From the NCBI GenBank assembly GCA_964404025.1, contig CAYOIJ010000001.1:22685-86684 (forward strand): a stretch of 64,000 nucleotides of DNA. The letters run 5' to 3'. Below, piece after piece: positions 8,945 to 18,590 of this stretch (position 1 is its first letter; each line of letters opens with the position of its first letter). Both the position numbers and the translations under genes were made by a program. This DNA comes from an uncultured Pseudomonadales bacterium. Lineage in GTDB: Bacteria; Patescibacteriota; Microgenomatia; UBA1400; PJMF01. The notes under the pieces were generated by a model that saw only the letters and a list, made by a program, of their open reading frames with translations, made no database searches and was not told where the DNA came from.

Positions 8945-9400
8945 ATGAAAATTGAAGAATATTTAAGTAGGTTAATTGAATATCTTGGAATTGAGGGAGA
9001 AATTGAAATTAAAATTGAAGAGGGAGAGGAAAGAGTTCAAATAGATGTTCAAACAGATGAAAAAGATACAGCTCTATTAATTGGTAGTCGAGGGGAAACC
9101 CTTAGCGCCATTGAGCTTCTAACTAAGTTAAGCTTTAAAGACGATTACGAAGATAAGCGAATAACTTTAGACATCAATGGCTATAAGTTGCGACAAGAGG
9201 AACGATTAAAAGAAAAGGCTCTAGATTTAGCTCAAAGGGTTTTAGAAACTGGACAGCCCTATGAGTTTCGTTATTTAAACTCTTATGAGAGACACCTAGT
9301 TCATGAGGTGATTGCCAAAGAAACAGGTTTGGAAAAAATAAATACTCATTCTGAGGATAGAGATTTGGGTAGAGTCTTAATAATTGAGGTTAAAAATTAA
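8945..9400 (+). CDS. jag: Jag/KhpB-like RNA-binding protein (KH and R3H domains)
   Basis: KH-like DTALLIGSRGETLSAIELL. R3H-like YEFRYLNSYERHLVHEVIAKETGL. Canonical position after yidC. Confidence 0.7.
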   Translation: MKIEEYLSRLIEYLGIEGEIEIKIEEGEERVQIDVQTDEKDTALLIGSRGETLSAIELLTKLSFKDDYEDKRITLDINGYKLRQEERLKEKALDLAQRVLETGQPYEFRYLNSYERHLVHEVIAKETGLEKINTHSEDRDLGRVLIIEVKN

Positions 9401-9467
9401 GCTACTTGAGGTTGCAATAATTATGCGCTAATTATGCGTTAATAGTTTTCAACTTTGAGCTTTTTAT

Positions 9468-9896
9468 ATGGGAAAGAAAATAAAAATTTATACTGATGGC
9501 GGGTCAAGAGGTAACCCTGGAATAGCGGGCGCTGGAGTTTATATAGAAGATGCTTTTGGTAAAAAAATTTACCATGAAGCTAAGTTTTTAGGTACTAAAA
9601 CTAATAACGAGGCAGAATATTTAGCCTTTCTATTGGCGATTAATTTTTTATTACGTTATGAAATTAAAAACCCTGGGTTGGTAGAAAGTGCTGAGTTCTT
9701 CTTAGATTCAAAATTAGTGGTTGAACAAATTAATCGACGTTGGAAAATTAAGAAGGCGGAGTTAAGAGATTTAGCAGAAACTTCTTGGGAAAATCTAAGT
9801 AGCCTCCCCTACCCAATAACCGTCAAACACTTGCTTAGAGAAAACAATAAAATTGCTGATCAACTAGCCAACGAAGCTATGGATCGAGCTTGTTAA
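9468..9896 (+). CDS. rnhA: Ribonuclease HI
   Basis: IKIYTDGGSRGNPGIAGAGV N-terminal motif. C-terminal ENNKIADQLANEAMD. 142 aa. Confidence 0.75.
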   Translation: MGKKIKIYTDGGSRGNPGIAGAGVYIEDAFGKKIYHEAKFLGTKTNNEAEYLAFLLAINFLLRYEIKNPGLVESAEFFLDSKLVVEQINRRWKIKKAELRDLAETSWENLSSLPYPITVKHLLRENNKIADQLANEAMDRAC

Positions 9897-9930
9897 TTGC
9901 TTGGGCTTTAATTTACAATGTTGTTTACAA

Positions 9931-12900
9931 ATGATTGGTCAAAAACAACATTTAACAAGTGAATTGGTTGAGGATAGACCTGTTGTTTTTTTATTAGTTG
10001 AAGAAAAAAATCCATTTACCGATAGTTTAATTAGTTTTTTTAATTATTGTTCGCTAGACGCAAGGCTATTACTCCTGGATTCTTTTGTAGATCCTGCTCA
10101 AGCTTTAAAGCAATATCAGGCTATTAAAAAGGTTGAGGTCTATAAGCTATTAGTTGTGGGAGGTTTTAAAAAGACCTATGTAAAAAATCCAGACTTTCTT
10201 TTGCAGGTGCTACGAGCTTTTGAACGAGCTTTTGCAGAAGATGGTCGACTAATTTCAATATTTTTTTTGTTAAACTACTCTAGTCCCATTTCACCCATGG
10301 ATTTTGAGTTGCTTAATTTTAAAACTTTCTGGTTTAGGCAAGAGAGTTTTTTAAATCAAGCGCTAAAGGCTTTTCCCTTAGCTCAATTTTGTTTAGTAGA
10401 AGATCTTTTAGATTTGGATTTTGACTTTAACTTAAAGTTTAATTTATTTTTTAGTCCTTTTAAAAAACAACTGCTTTTGGATAGCCAGAGTAATTGTTGT
10501 TGGCAGACACAAGACGGTTTTTTAAGAAACTTTAGGACTTTATTTTTTCAGAGTAAGCCTGGGGAAAAACACTTGCTGCGAGGTCAGAAAACCCATAGCA
10601 CAAAGTTTGTGTTGGATGCTAAAGATTTGTGTAGTAGATATTTCTTACAGCAATTTGACATCCTAGATTTATTTCTACAGTCGGGCAAAGAAAATTATTT
10701 TTTGGCAGATTTTATAAAAGTTTATAATTCTGATGATAAAGTGTTGGAAATTTTAGATGAAAAAATTCGTCAACTTCCCCTTTCTTTAAATAAAGAGCTA
10801 ACTTTAGATCAAAATAGCTTGCAAACGATTGAGACACAAAAAACAGCCAAAGAGCTGTTGTTAAAATCAATCCCAGCAAGCAGTGATGAAAAGCTGGAAA
10901 AAGACGATAAGAGCTTGTCTAAGCTTAATAAAAAAACAGCTGCTACTGTACAAAGCGAAAATCATTTGAAGCAAGAAACTCAAAAAACAGATTTATTAGC
11001 AGGACAAAACAATATAAAGACTGATAAATCAAGCAATATAGATAAAACATTGCAAGATATTTTCCGTAAAGAACAAAAAACAAGGCACAAGCAACGTTTT
11101 AAACAAAATTTAAAAGGAGCAAAGAAAATTGTTAAAAAGAGCAAGTATCGTCGCTTTTCTTTTTATTTTGGAATTCTTCTTTCTTTAATTGGAACTTTAG
11201 TTCTAATTTTATTTGTAAATTTTTATTTTACTCAAAAGCTTTTTGAAAAAAATTTATTGGCTATTATGGAGGAAGATTTGTCCAACACCAATATTACGCA
11301 GGTTTCTCCTCCAAATAAGAGAGATTATCAATTCTTTAAATGGCAATTGGATAATTATGGAGAGCTTATTGGTGAAGAAATTTTTTCTACAGCTAATAAT
11401 TATTGGAAAATTTTTGAACACTTACAGAACCAAGCTAGCTTAACTGAAGGCTTGGAAAATGAGACCTTCCAGCTTTATCAGGCGATTTTAAAAACTGATG
11501 GAGATCTAAATATAAATTGGTCTAGCTATTTAAGTAAAAGACAGGAAATGTATCAGTTCAAACAAGAATTAAGTGGTCTTTTAGATCAATTAAACCCAGA
11601 TATTTTGCCAAAATCCCAGGCTGAAATTTTAGCTCAATACAAGAGTCAAACCCTAAAAGAGTTGATGTCTCAACAACGTTCAACACTTTTTTTAGATTCT
11701 TTGAGCAAATTTTTATTAAGCCCTGCAAGGAGTAATGTTGTAATTTTAATTCAGGACAGCAGTGAATTGAGGTCAAGTGGTGGTTTTCTGGTTTCGCTAG
11801 TAAGCTTGAGTTTTGAAAAAAGCCATTTATTGGATTGGCGAGTGTATGACGTGACTGATCTTGACCAAAGAATTTATGGAGAAAGAGAAGCGCCCGAGGA
11901 ATTAAAAAGTTTATTGGTGAGTGATAAACTCTTATTAAGAGACGCTAATTGGCCAGCTAGTTTTGCTGATGCAAGCTCCAACATTACTTGGTTTATAGAG
12001 CAAAGTTTAAATTTAAGTCCCGACCTTATTTTAACTTTAAATACTAAAGAAATTCATGATTTTCTAGAACTACTCTCCCCCCTTGTAGTCAATGATTTAG
12101 AGCTAAATCAAAATAATTTTTTTGAAGAGTTGCTGCGTCAAGAAAAGCTAAGTTTTAGTTTGGTTGTAGAGAACTTATTTAAACGCTTAATGACAGCATC
12201 AAAAGAAGAAATTATTTATATTTTAAAACAAGTAAATTTAGCTTTAGACACAAGAGAGATCTTTTTATACAGCAACATTGATCAATTACTTAGTGTTTTA
12301 AAGAATAATTTGTGGTCTGGAGAAATCTTGGAAACCCCTTGTCCAAGTGAGTTTGCTAGCGCTGGTGATGAATGTTTTACAGATGGAATTTTTCAACTAG
12401 AAAACAACGTGGGTTTAAATAAAGTTAACCGTTTAGTCACACAAGAAATTGATCATAGTTTAGGGATTAGCGAAAAGTTTATTCGTCATAAACGGGTGAT
12501 CCGTTTAGAAAACTTCAGTCGTCAAAACTTCTGGCCAGAAGGAAATTATCAAACTTATTTAAAATTTTACTTGCCAAAAAGCGCTAATTTAGAAAAAATT
12601 ACACTGAATGGGAAAGCCGTTAACCCCAGCGCTTATCGATGGTTTGAAGAAAAAAACAAGCGAGTCTTAGCCCATCGCCTTGTTGTCCCAGTACTTTCCA
12701 CTGCTACTTTAGAAATTATATATCTAGTTCCCCATCAATTAACTCCTCCTTTTTCTTATGTTTTCCTTGATCAAAAACAAGCGGGTCTATTTGACAAACA
12801 GACTAACTATAAAGTGTTATTTGCTGAAAACTTCTTACCAACTCTGATTGCACCTCAGGCTAATTATCAAGACAAAGTAATTGAATTTAGTAATGACAAT

Positions 12901-12933
12901 CAGGATAACTTTTTATTTGCGGTTGCTTTTTAG
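9931..12933 (+). CDS. Large single-pass membrane protein. Roughly 430-aa cytoplasmic N-terminal domain, one TM helix (FSFYFGILLSLIGTLVLILFVNFYF), roughly 540-aa extracytoplasmic domain, possibly DUF4012-like. Function unknown
   Basis: Roughly 1000-aa ORF. The track starts at a TTG at 9901; the first in-frame ATG is at 9931. The extracellular segment contains DSSELRSSGGFLVSLVS, reminiscent of the E.R..GGF motif of DUF4012 proteins. This is recalled from memory, not verified. Confidence 0.5.
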   Translation: MIGQKQHLTSELVEDRPVVFLLVEEKNPFTDSLISFFNYCSLDARLLLLDSFVDPAQALKQYQAIKKVEVYKLLVVGGFKKTYVKNPDFLLQVLRAFERAFAEDGRLISIFFLLNYSSPISPMDFELLNFKTFWFRQESFLNQALKAFPLAQFCLVEDLLDLDFDFNLKFNLFFSPFKKQLLLDSQSNCCWQTQDGFLRNFRTLFFQSKPGEKHLLRGQKTHSTKFVLDAKDLCSRYFLQQFDILDLFLQSGKENYFLADFIKVYNSDDKVLEILDEKIRQLPLSLNKELTLDQNSLQTIETQKTAKELLLKSIPASSDEKLEKDDKSLSKLNKKTAATVQSENHLKQETQKTDLLAGQNNIKTDKSSNIDKTLQDIFRKEQKTRHKQRFKQNLKGAKKIVKKSKYRRFSFYFGILLSLIGTLVLILFVNFYFTQKLFEKNLLAIMEEDLSNTNITQVSPPNKRDYQFFKWQLDNYGELIGEEIFSTANNYWKIFEHLQNQASLTEGLENETFQLYQAILKTDGDLNINWSSYLSKRQEMYQFKQELSGLLDQLNPDILPKSQAEILAQYKSQTLKELMSQQRSTLFLDSLSKFLLSPARSNVVILIQDSSELRSSGGFLVSLVSLSFEKSHLLDWRVYDVTDLDQRIYGEREAPEELKSLLVSDKLLLRDANWPASFADASSNITWFIEQSLNLSPDLILTLNTKEIHDFLELLSPLVVNDLELNQNNFFEELLRQEKLSFSLVVENLFKRLMTASKEEIIYILKQVNLALDTREIFLYSNIDQLLSVLKNNLWSGEILETPCPSEFASAGDECFTDGIFQLENNVGLNKVNRLVTQEIDHSLGISEKFIRHKRVIRLENFSRQNFWPEGNYQTYLKFYLPKSANLEKITLNGKAVNPSAYRWFEEKNKRVLAHRLVVPVLSTATLEIIYLVPHQLTPPFSYVFLDQKQAGLFDKQTNYKVLFAENFLPTLIAPQANYQDKVIEFSNDNQDNFLFAVAF

Positions 12934-13081
12934 TTTCACGTGCAAAAAGCCCTTTTTTTAAAAAATAAACTGATTCATTAGTCTTTTTTTAGTGTTTTTT
13001 TCTTAATTATTATTTTTCAAATGATAGCTTTCCTTCGCTGCTTTTTCGGTTTTAGCTCTCTTAGAGATTTTTCAAGCTTTG

Positions 13082-13090
13082 TGGTAGAAT
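13082..13090 (+). promoter_or_regulatory. Extended -10 promoter element TGgTAGAAT, 65 nt upstream of rplY
   Basis: Read directly. No strong -35. Confidence 0.3.
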
Positions 13091-13154
13091 GAGAACCTAT
13101 TTTGCTTCTAGAAATAGATAATCTTAAATTTTTAAAATTACAGAAAAGATATTT

Positions 13155-13877
13155 ATGACAAAAATTACATTTAAAGTAGCTAAACGTTCAAATAAGAAAG
13201 CTAAACAATTGCGCCGCCAAGGGGTGTTACCAGCTAATGTTTATATTCCAAAAAAAGATTCAATAGCTCTGGAAGTTAATCCCATAAATTTCGCCAAGCT
13301 TTACGACGAAGCAGGGGAAACTGGCCTAATTTATTTAAATATTGAAGGGGAGTCTCAAGCGATACCAGTCTTAATTGATCAAGTTGATATGGATTATTTG
13401 GGTAGTAGCTTTGAACACGTAGTTTTTAGAGGTGTAAACTTAAAAGAAAAAATTACAGCTAATGTACCAGTTGAAGTAATAGGGGAGTTTGATGTTCCAG
13501 AAGCAGTTTTAATTACTGTCCAAGATGAAGTTGAGGTCGAGGCTTTACCAGCTAACCTTCCAGAAAAATTTGTTTTTGATGTTAGTAGTTTGAAAGCCAT
13601 TGGAGATGCTTTTACTTTAGCTGACTTAGAATATGACAAGGATGAAGTTGAATTAGTTCTAGCCGAAGATGAGGATCCCGGCGAAAGAGTGTTGGTTTCT
13701 GTTCAGGCCCAAGAGGAAGAGGAAATTATAGAGACACCTGATGAGTTGGTTGAGCCAGAACTAGTTGGGGATGACGAGAAAGCTGAAATAACAGAAGACG
13801 GTGAAAAACCACAGGCTGAAAAGCCGGGCGCTGGAGAAAATGCAGCTGCTGAAGAAAAATCAAGCGACTCTAAATAG
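13155..13877 (+). CDS. rplY: Ribosomal protein L25 / general stress protein Ctc form, with an acidic C-terminal extension
   Basis: AKRSNKKAKQLRRQGVLPANVY, then the L25 beta-barrel pattern and a Glu/Asp-rich tail. 240 aa. Confidence 0.8.
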   Translation: MTKITFKVAKRSNKKAKQLRRQGVLPANVYIPKKDSIALEVNPINFAKLYDEAGETGLIYLNIEGESQAIPVLIDQVDMDYLGSSFEHVVFRGVNLKEKITANVPVEVIGEFDVPEAVLITVQDEVEVEALPANLPEKFVFDVSSLKAIGDAFTLADLEYDKDEVELVLAEDEDPGERVLVSVQAQEEEEIIETPDELVEPELVGDDEKAEITEDGEKPQAEKPGAGENAAAEEKSSDSK

Positions 13878-13928
13878 AAACCACCAAGGTTAACTCAGGG
13901 TAATTTTTAGATTTTTAAAGTGAACTAT

Positions 13929-14360
13929 TTAATAATTAGGGTCTAATTCCCAGGATTGTTGAAATTTTTCTTGAGCTATTTTGGAATCTTCAAGTTCTAA
14001 CAATTTTGCAAGGTTAAACAATATGTCTCGACTGTGTCTTTGTTTTACTTCCAATGATAAATAAAATTTTTTTAGCGTTTCGATTTCTATTTGATCTAGA
14101 GTAAGTAAAATTTCTCCAGGATTTTGACTAACTGCTTCTTTTAATTTAATTTCTGGAGTTTTATTTTTTTGCCAGAGCTGCCAATTAATTAACCAAATTA
14201 ACAGTAAAAGAAATAATAAGATGGGGGTTATTTCTTTTTTTAATTTAAGTTTGAGTAAGAGATATTGAGCACCAAATACACAGAGATTATAGAGAAGTTT
14301 TATGATTAAAAAACAAAACAGTATAAAAGTGGTAATTTTTTTTAACATTAAGCTGGCCAA
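13929..14360 (-). CDS. Hypothetical small membrane protein
   Basis: 143-aa ORF with two hydrophobic segments. Overlaps the 3' end of valS by 13 nt. No recognisable family. Confidence 0.35.
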   Translation of the reverse strand: MASLMLKKITTFILFCFLIIKLLYNLCVFGAQYLLLKLKLKKEITPILLFLLLLIWLINWQLWQKNKTPEIKLKEAVSQNPGEILLTLDQIEIETLKKFYLSLEVKQRHSRDILFNLAKLLELEDSKIAQEKFQQSWELDPNY

Positions 14361-16678
14361 GGACTACTCATTAATAATTTGTCTTTAACTAGTTTTTCTT
14401 GGTACAAAATCTGCCAAATGGTTTCAGTGACAAAGGGAATAAAAGGATGAAACATTTTTAAAAATATTATTAGTCCTTCTAAGATTTTTTCCTGACTTAT
14501 CAGTTTATTTTTTGATTCTTCTATGCATTCATCACAAAACCAATGCCAAAATTCATTATGTAAAGTTTCAGCAGCTAAGCCGAGTTGCTGTTGTTCTAAA
14601 TTACGAGTGATTATAGATTGAAGTTTTTTGAGTTTTTTATCAAATTCTTTATCTAATCGGCCCTGGCCTTTACTTTTAGCTGGAGAAGTTTCTGCTTCTC
14701 TTTGCAACAAGATGAAACGAGCAGCATTCCAGATTTTATTGTTAAGGTTGCGCATTGCTTTAAAATCAGCATCGCTAATGCTTTTGTCTAATCCAGCACT
14801 AGAACGAATAACAATAGCTATTCTGAGCGCATCTATACCGTATTTTTCGCCAATTTCTAGTGGATCGACAACATTGCCCTTACTCTTACTCATTTTCTGG
14901 CCCTTGCCGTCTCTAATGAGGCCGTGCAAGTAAACTTTTTTGAAAGGCAATTGTTGGGTGCTGTATAAGCCCATCATTAGCATGCGCATTACCCAAAACA
15001 TTAAAATATCATAAGCAGTTTCCATAATGCTAGTCGGATAAAAACGCTCAAAGTCTCCAGATTTATTGTTTTTTAGAGCAACTACTGGCCACTGGCTTGA
15101 AGAAAACCAAGTGTCAAAAGTGTCGGTTTCTTGTAAATATTGCTTAGTATTATCTGGTTTAGTGGTGCCAAGTAAATATTGAGCGTCAATGGGGGCAGCG
15201 AGGTTTTGTAAACCCTTTTCTATTTCCTCAAAAGAATATTTTTTAAGTAAGTTTTTGATGAGATCAGTAATTCTTTGTCCATCTTTATCTAAAAAAGTAA
15301 TCCGTAAATTTGGATTACTGTCAACTTCATACCAGACTGGCATACGAATACCCCAAACAACCTGTCGACTAATATTCCAATCTTCTAAGTTTTTTAACCA
15401 GTGTTTAAGAATTTTGTCATAACCAGCGCCATATATTGTCAGTTCTTTTTTCTGAATTTTCTGTAAAACAGCTTCTGTTAAGGATTTAACTCGAACATAG
15501 AATTGGGGTAGAGGAAGGGGTTCTATGGGGTTGTTGCAGCGATAGCATTTGGCTAAATTGTGTTGATATTGTTCGTCAATTTTTTCTAATAATTGATTTT
15601 GTTCTAAATCTTTAACAATGCTCTCTCGAGCAATATGCGTTTTGAGCCCAGCATATTTGCCGGTAAATTTGGTGAGTCGACCATCAAAACCAACTGCTAT
15701 AGCAGGTAATTTTTCTTCTTCCTTGCTTAGATTTTTTTCTTTTATTAATTGTTTTTTTAAATCAATATAACCAAGCTCATTATTATCAATAGCTTCTTGT
15801 AATTGATCTTGGTGCTTCTGCCAGAAAGCAAAGTCATTAAAGTCATGGAAGGGGGTAATTTTGACTGCACCAGTGCCAAATTCCGGATCAACAAAATCAT
15901 CAGCAATCACTTTAAGTTTAACTAAGCCCAATAAACCCTGAAATTCAATAGTTTTGCCATGATAAGCGCTGTAGCGCTTGTCCTTTGGGTGAACAGCAAT
16001 AGCTACATCGGCAAAGATAGTTTCTGGTCGAGTTGTAGCAATACTAATTGGCCCATACTTTAAATAATAAAGAGGACTTTCTTGTTCAGCATGATTAATT
16101 TCGAGATTACTGAAACCAGTGCCACATTTGGGACAGTAGTTTACTAAGCGATTAGCTCGATAAATCAAATCATCTTTTGCCATTTGTTTAAAAGTTTCGA
16201 TAACGTCTTCAACGATGTCTGGATCTAGAGTAAATTTAAAACGACTCCAATCGGCGCTAGCTCCTAGTTGCTTAATTTGTTGAACAGCTGTTTGAGTGTT
16301 TTTATCAACATAGTCCCAGATCATTTGATAAAGGGTATCGCGGTCAAAGTTAAAACGACTTTGCTTTTCTTTTTTTAGTTTTTTTTCAAAAACAAATTGA
16401 GTTTCAATACCAGCATGATCAGTGCCAGGAAGCCATAGTGTATCGTGACCTCTCATGCGAGCGAAACGAACCATAATGTCTTCTAAAGTCACAACACAAG
16501 CGTGACCCAAATGAAGAGGATCGTTGGCGTTTGGAGGAGGCATAACAATGGAAAAACTTGATAAATCATTATTTTTTAACTGTTGGTTAATTTTACTATC
16601 GGGATTAAAAGCATCGGCTTTTTCCCAGAGCTGATAAATCTTTTGCTCGTAAGTTTTGGCTTGGTAGTGTTTGTCCAT
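14348..16678 (-). CDS. valS: Valyl-tRNA synthetase, short form lacking the long C-terminal coiled coil
   Basis: Class I HIGH (PPPNANDPLHLGHA) and KMSKS (KMSKSKGNVVDP). ValRS-specific LWLPGTDHAGIETQ. 776 aa. Confidence 0.9.
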   Translation of the reverse strand: MDKHYQAKTYEQKIYQLWEKADAFNPDSKINQQLKNNDLSSFSIVMPPPNANDPLHLGHACVVTLEDIMVRFARMRGHDTLWLPGTDHAGIETQFVFEKKLKKEKQSRFNFDRDTLYQMIWDYVDKNTQTAVQQIKQLGASADWSRFKFTLDPDIVEDVIETFKQMAKDDLIYRANRLVNYCPKCGTGFSNLEINHAEQESPLYYLKYGPISIATTRPETIFADVAIAVHPKDKRYSAYHGKTIEFQGLLGLVKLKVIADDFVDPEFGTGAVKITPFHDFNDFAFWQKHQDQLQEAIDNNELGYIDLKKQLIKEKNLSKEEEKLPAIAVGFDGRLTKFTGKYAGLKTHIARESIVKDLEQNQLLEKIDEQYQHNLAKCYRCNNPIEPLPLPQFYVRVKSLTEAVLQKIQKKELTIYGAGYDKILKHWLKNLEDWNISRQVVWGIRMPVWYEVDSNPNLRITFLDKDGQRITDLIKNLLKKYSFEEIEKGLQNLAAPIDAQYLLGTTKPDNTKQYLQETDTFDTWFSSSQWPVVALKNNKSGDFERFYPTSIMETAYDILMFWVMRMLMMGLYSTQQLPFKKVYLHGLIRDGKGQKMSKSKGNVVDPLEIGEKYGIDALRIAIVIRSSAGLDKSISDADFKAMRNLNNKIWNAARFILLQREAETSPAKSKGQGRLDKEFDKKLKKLQSIITRNLEQQQLGLAAETLHNEFWHWFCDECIEESKNKLISQEKILEGLIIFLKMFHPFIPFVTETIWQILYQEKLVKDKLLMSSPWPA

Positions 16679-16735
16679 TGAGAGTTAATTATAGCACCGA
16701 AGCAGACCTGACTCTAGTTTATAACTTTTGTTTTT

Positions 16736-17380
16736 TTGTCTGTTAAAATAACGAGGATGAACAACAATTTGGTGGATTACAAGCGAGTAAATTTAGTTAA
16801 TGATCAAGATGAAATTATTGCTAGTGCTGATAAGCTTGAAGCTCATTTGGGAGAAGCCATGCTTCATCAAGCAATTTCTTTCTTTTTGTTTAGAAGAAAT
16901 AAGGCTGGTCGTTTTCAATTGTTACTGCAAAAACGCAGTGATAAAAAAATTGTAGGAGCTAGTCAATGGGCTAACACACTGTGTGCCAACGTGGCGATGG
17001 GAGAAAATCATCGACAATGTTTGCAGAGGCGCTTGAAAGAGGAGTTGGGGATCAGTTTACCTAAGGGTCTTCGTCAAAAGGTAAGAGAAGTTTTTGTTTT
17101 AAATTATCAAGTGCCTTGTAATCAGCGCTATAGCGAAAGAGAAATTGATCATATTTTTGCCTTATTTTTAAATTATCAAGAATTTAAAAAACTATTAATA
17201 AAAATCAACCCTGAAGAGGTGGATGAGGTAGCTTGGTTTGACTGGTTAAACTTAATTAATAAAAAGGGATTAGTAAATAAGAAAAAAGCTCCTTGGTTCC
17301 AGCTTTTTTTAGATGATGCGCGAGTAAAAGGAGCAATCAATCTTTTTTTAGAAAATAATATAATTAGTATGGAGAAATAA
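16736..17380 (+). CDS. idi: Isopentenyl-diphosphate delta-isomerase, type 1 (Nudix)
   Basis: LVNDQDEIIASADKLEAH...LHQAISFFLFRR..GRFQLLLQKRSDKKIVGASQWANTLCA...GENHRQCLQRRLKEELGI parallels the E. coli Idi core. The track start is a TTG; an in-frame ATG lies at 16757. Confidence 0.65.
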   Translation: MSVKITRMNNNLVDYKRVNLVNDQDEIIASADKLEAHLGEAMLHQAISFFLFRRNKAGRFQLLLQKRSDKKIVGASQWANTLCANVAMGENHRQCLQRRLKEELGISLPKGLRQKVREVFVLNYQVPCNQRYSEREIDHIFALFLNYQEFKKLLIKINPEEVDEVAWFDWLNLINKKGLVNKKKAPWFQLFLDDARVKGAINLFLENNIISMEK

Positions 17381-17394
17381 GTTAGTATGGAAAA

Positions 17395-18111
17395 ATGAGT
17401 ATGAAATCAAATAGGGTTCCTCGACACGTTGCCATCATTATGGACGGTAATCGGCGTTGGGCAAAAAAACAAGGATTATCAATTATTAAAGGTCATCGCA
17501 AAACTGCCGAGGAAACAATAGAAAGATTAGCTGATTACGCAATTAGCGTTGGCATTCAATTTTTGACTCTTTGGGCTTTTAGTACTGAAAATTGGCAGCG
17601 TGATGATAAAGAGCTAGAGGGAATCATGAGTTTATTTCGTGAAACTTTTAGTACTGCTGCTGAGCGCTTACATGAAAAAGGAGTGCGAGTACATACTATT
17701 GGCGATTTAAGTCGTTTTCCTCAAGATATTAAAGAAGGTGCTGAACACTGGAAAAAAGAGACGCTCAATAACAAGGGCCTTGTTGTTACTTTTGCGCTTA
17801 ATTACGGTGGTCGAGATGAAATAATTAGGGCTGTTAAGCGTCTGATCGCTCAAGAAAAAAACTTAGCTGAGCAAAAAATTACTCAAGATCTTCTCGAAAA
17901 ATATCTCGATACTAAATTTGAGTTAAATTTACCCGATCCAGATTTAATTATTAGACCTGGCGGAGAACAACGTTTATCTGGATATTTACCCTGGCAGGGG
18001 GTGTATAGTGAACTTTATTTTTGTTCGACACTAATGCCAGATTTTAATGAAAAAGAATTTGCCAAAGCTTTGGTTGAATTTTTTAAGCGCCAAAGACGCT
18101 TTGGACAATGA
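17395..18111 (+). CDS. uppS: Undecaprenyl diphosphate synthase (cis-prenyltransferase)
   Basis: HVAIIMDGNRRWAKKQGL...GH...LTLWAFSTENWQR signature. 238 aa. Confidence 0.9.
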   Translation: MSMKSNRVPRHVAIIMDGNRRWAKKQGLSIIKGHRKTAEETIERLADYAISVGIQFLTLWAFSTENWQRDDKELEGIMSLFRETFSTAAERLHEKGVRVHTIGDLSRFPQDIKEGAEHWKKETLNNKGLVVTFALNYGGRDEIIRAVKRLIAQEKNLAEQKITQDLLEKYLDTKFELNLPDPDLIIRPGGEQRLSGYLPWQGVYSELYFCSTLMPDFNEKEFAKALVEFFKRQRRFGQ

Positions 18112-18121
18112 TCATTAAAAA

Positions 18122-18553
18122 TTAGTTTTCAATCCAATTTTTTTCTGAGCCTGGAATGATAAATGATTTAATCATCTCAATGCCAGTGAAATTAGCGATC
18201 AGATTAATGATAATAAAAGCCGACAGGGCTAAAATTAGGCCAATAATAGCAAAGGTAATAGTATTCTTAGACTTTTCTACTTCTTGGCTTTTTCCAGCTG
18301 ATAACAATAGATTAAAAGCTGCGTAAATAATCATCACAAATCCTGCTATGCCAATTAATGTTAAAACAATGGAAAGAGTATTGGCCAGTAAACACCCAAT
18401 GCCTTGAACAGTGGCTACTCCTTCGATAGTGCAATTGGTGTTGATTTCATCCCATTTTTTAGTTTGTGCTTGGACAGGTTTAACAAGAGGAAAAAACGAA
18501 AGGGTTTGAATCATCATGGATTTGATTATAGCAATAAAAAACTCTCTTTCCAA
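18122..18553 (-). CDS. VirB2/TrbC-like pilin paralog 1 of 7
   Basis: Signal peptide ending VQAQT. Two TM helices flank the conserved loop LLSAGKSQEVEKSKNTITFAIIGLILA. C-terminal tail ...IIPGSEKNWIEN. Confidence 0.6.
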   Translation of the reverse strand: MEREFFIAIIKSMMIQTLSFFPLVKPVQAQTKKWDEINTNCTIEGVATVQGIGCLLANTLSIVLTLIGIAGFVMIIYAAFNLLLSAGKSQEVEKSKNTITFAIIGLILALSAFIIINLIANFTGIEMIKSFIIPGSEKNWIEN

Positions 18554-18590
18554 GCAAATGAAAAGAGAGTTTTTTAGTATTTAAATTTAA

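Noticed and set aside
14628-15422. ORFs 14628..14933 (+) and 15189..15422 (+) within valS
   Set aside because: Antisense to a well-supported ValRS gene. No motif support.
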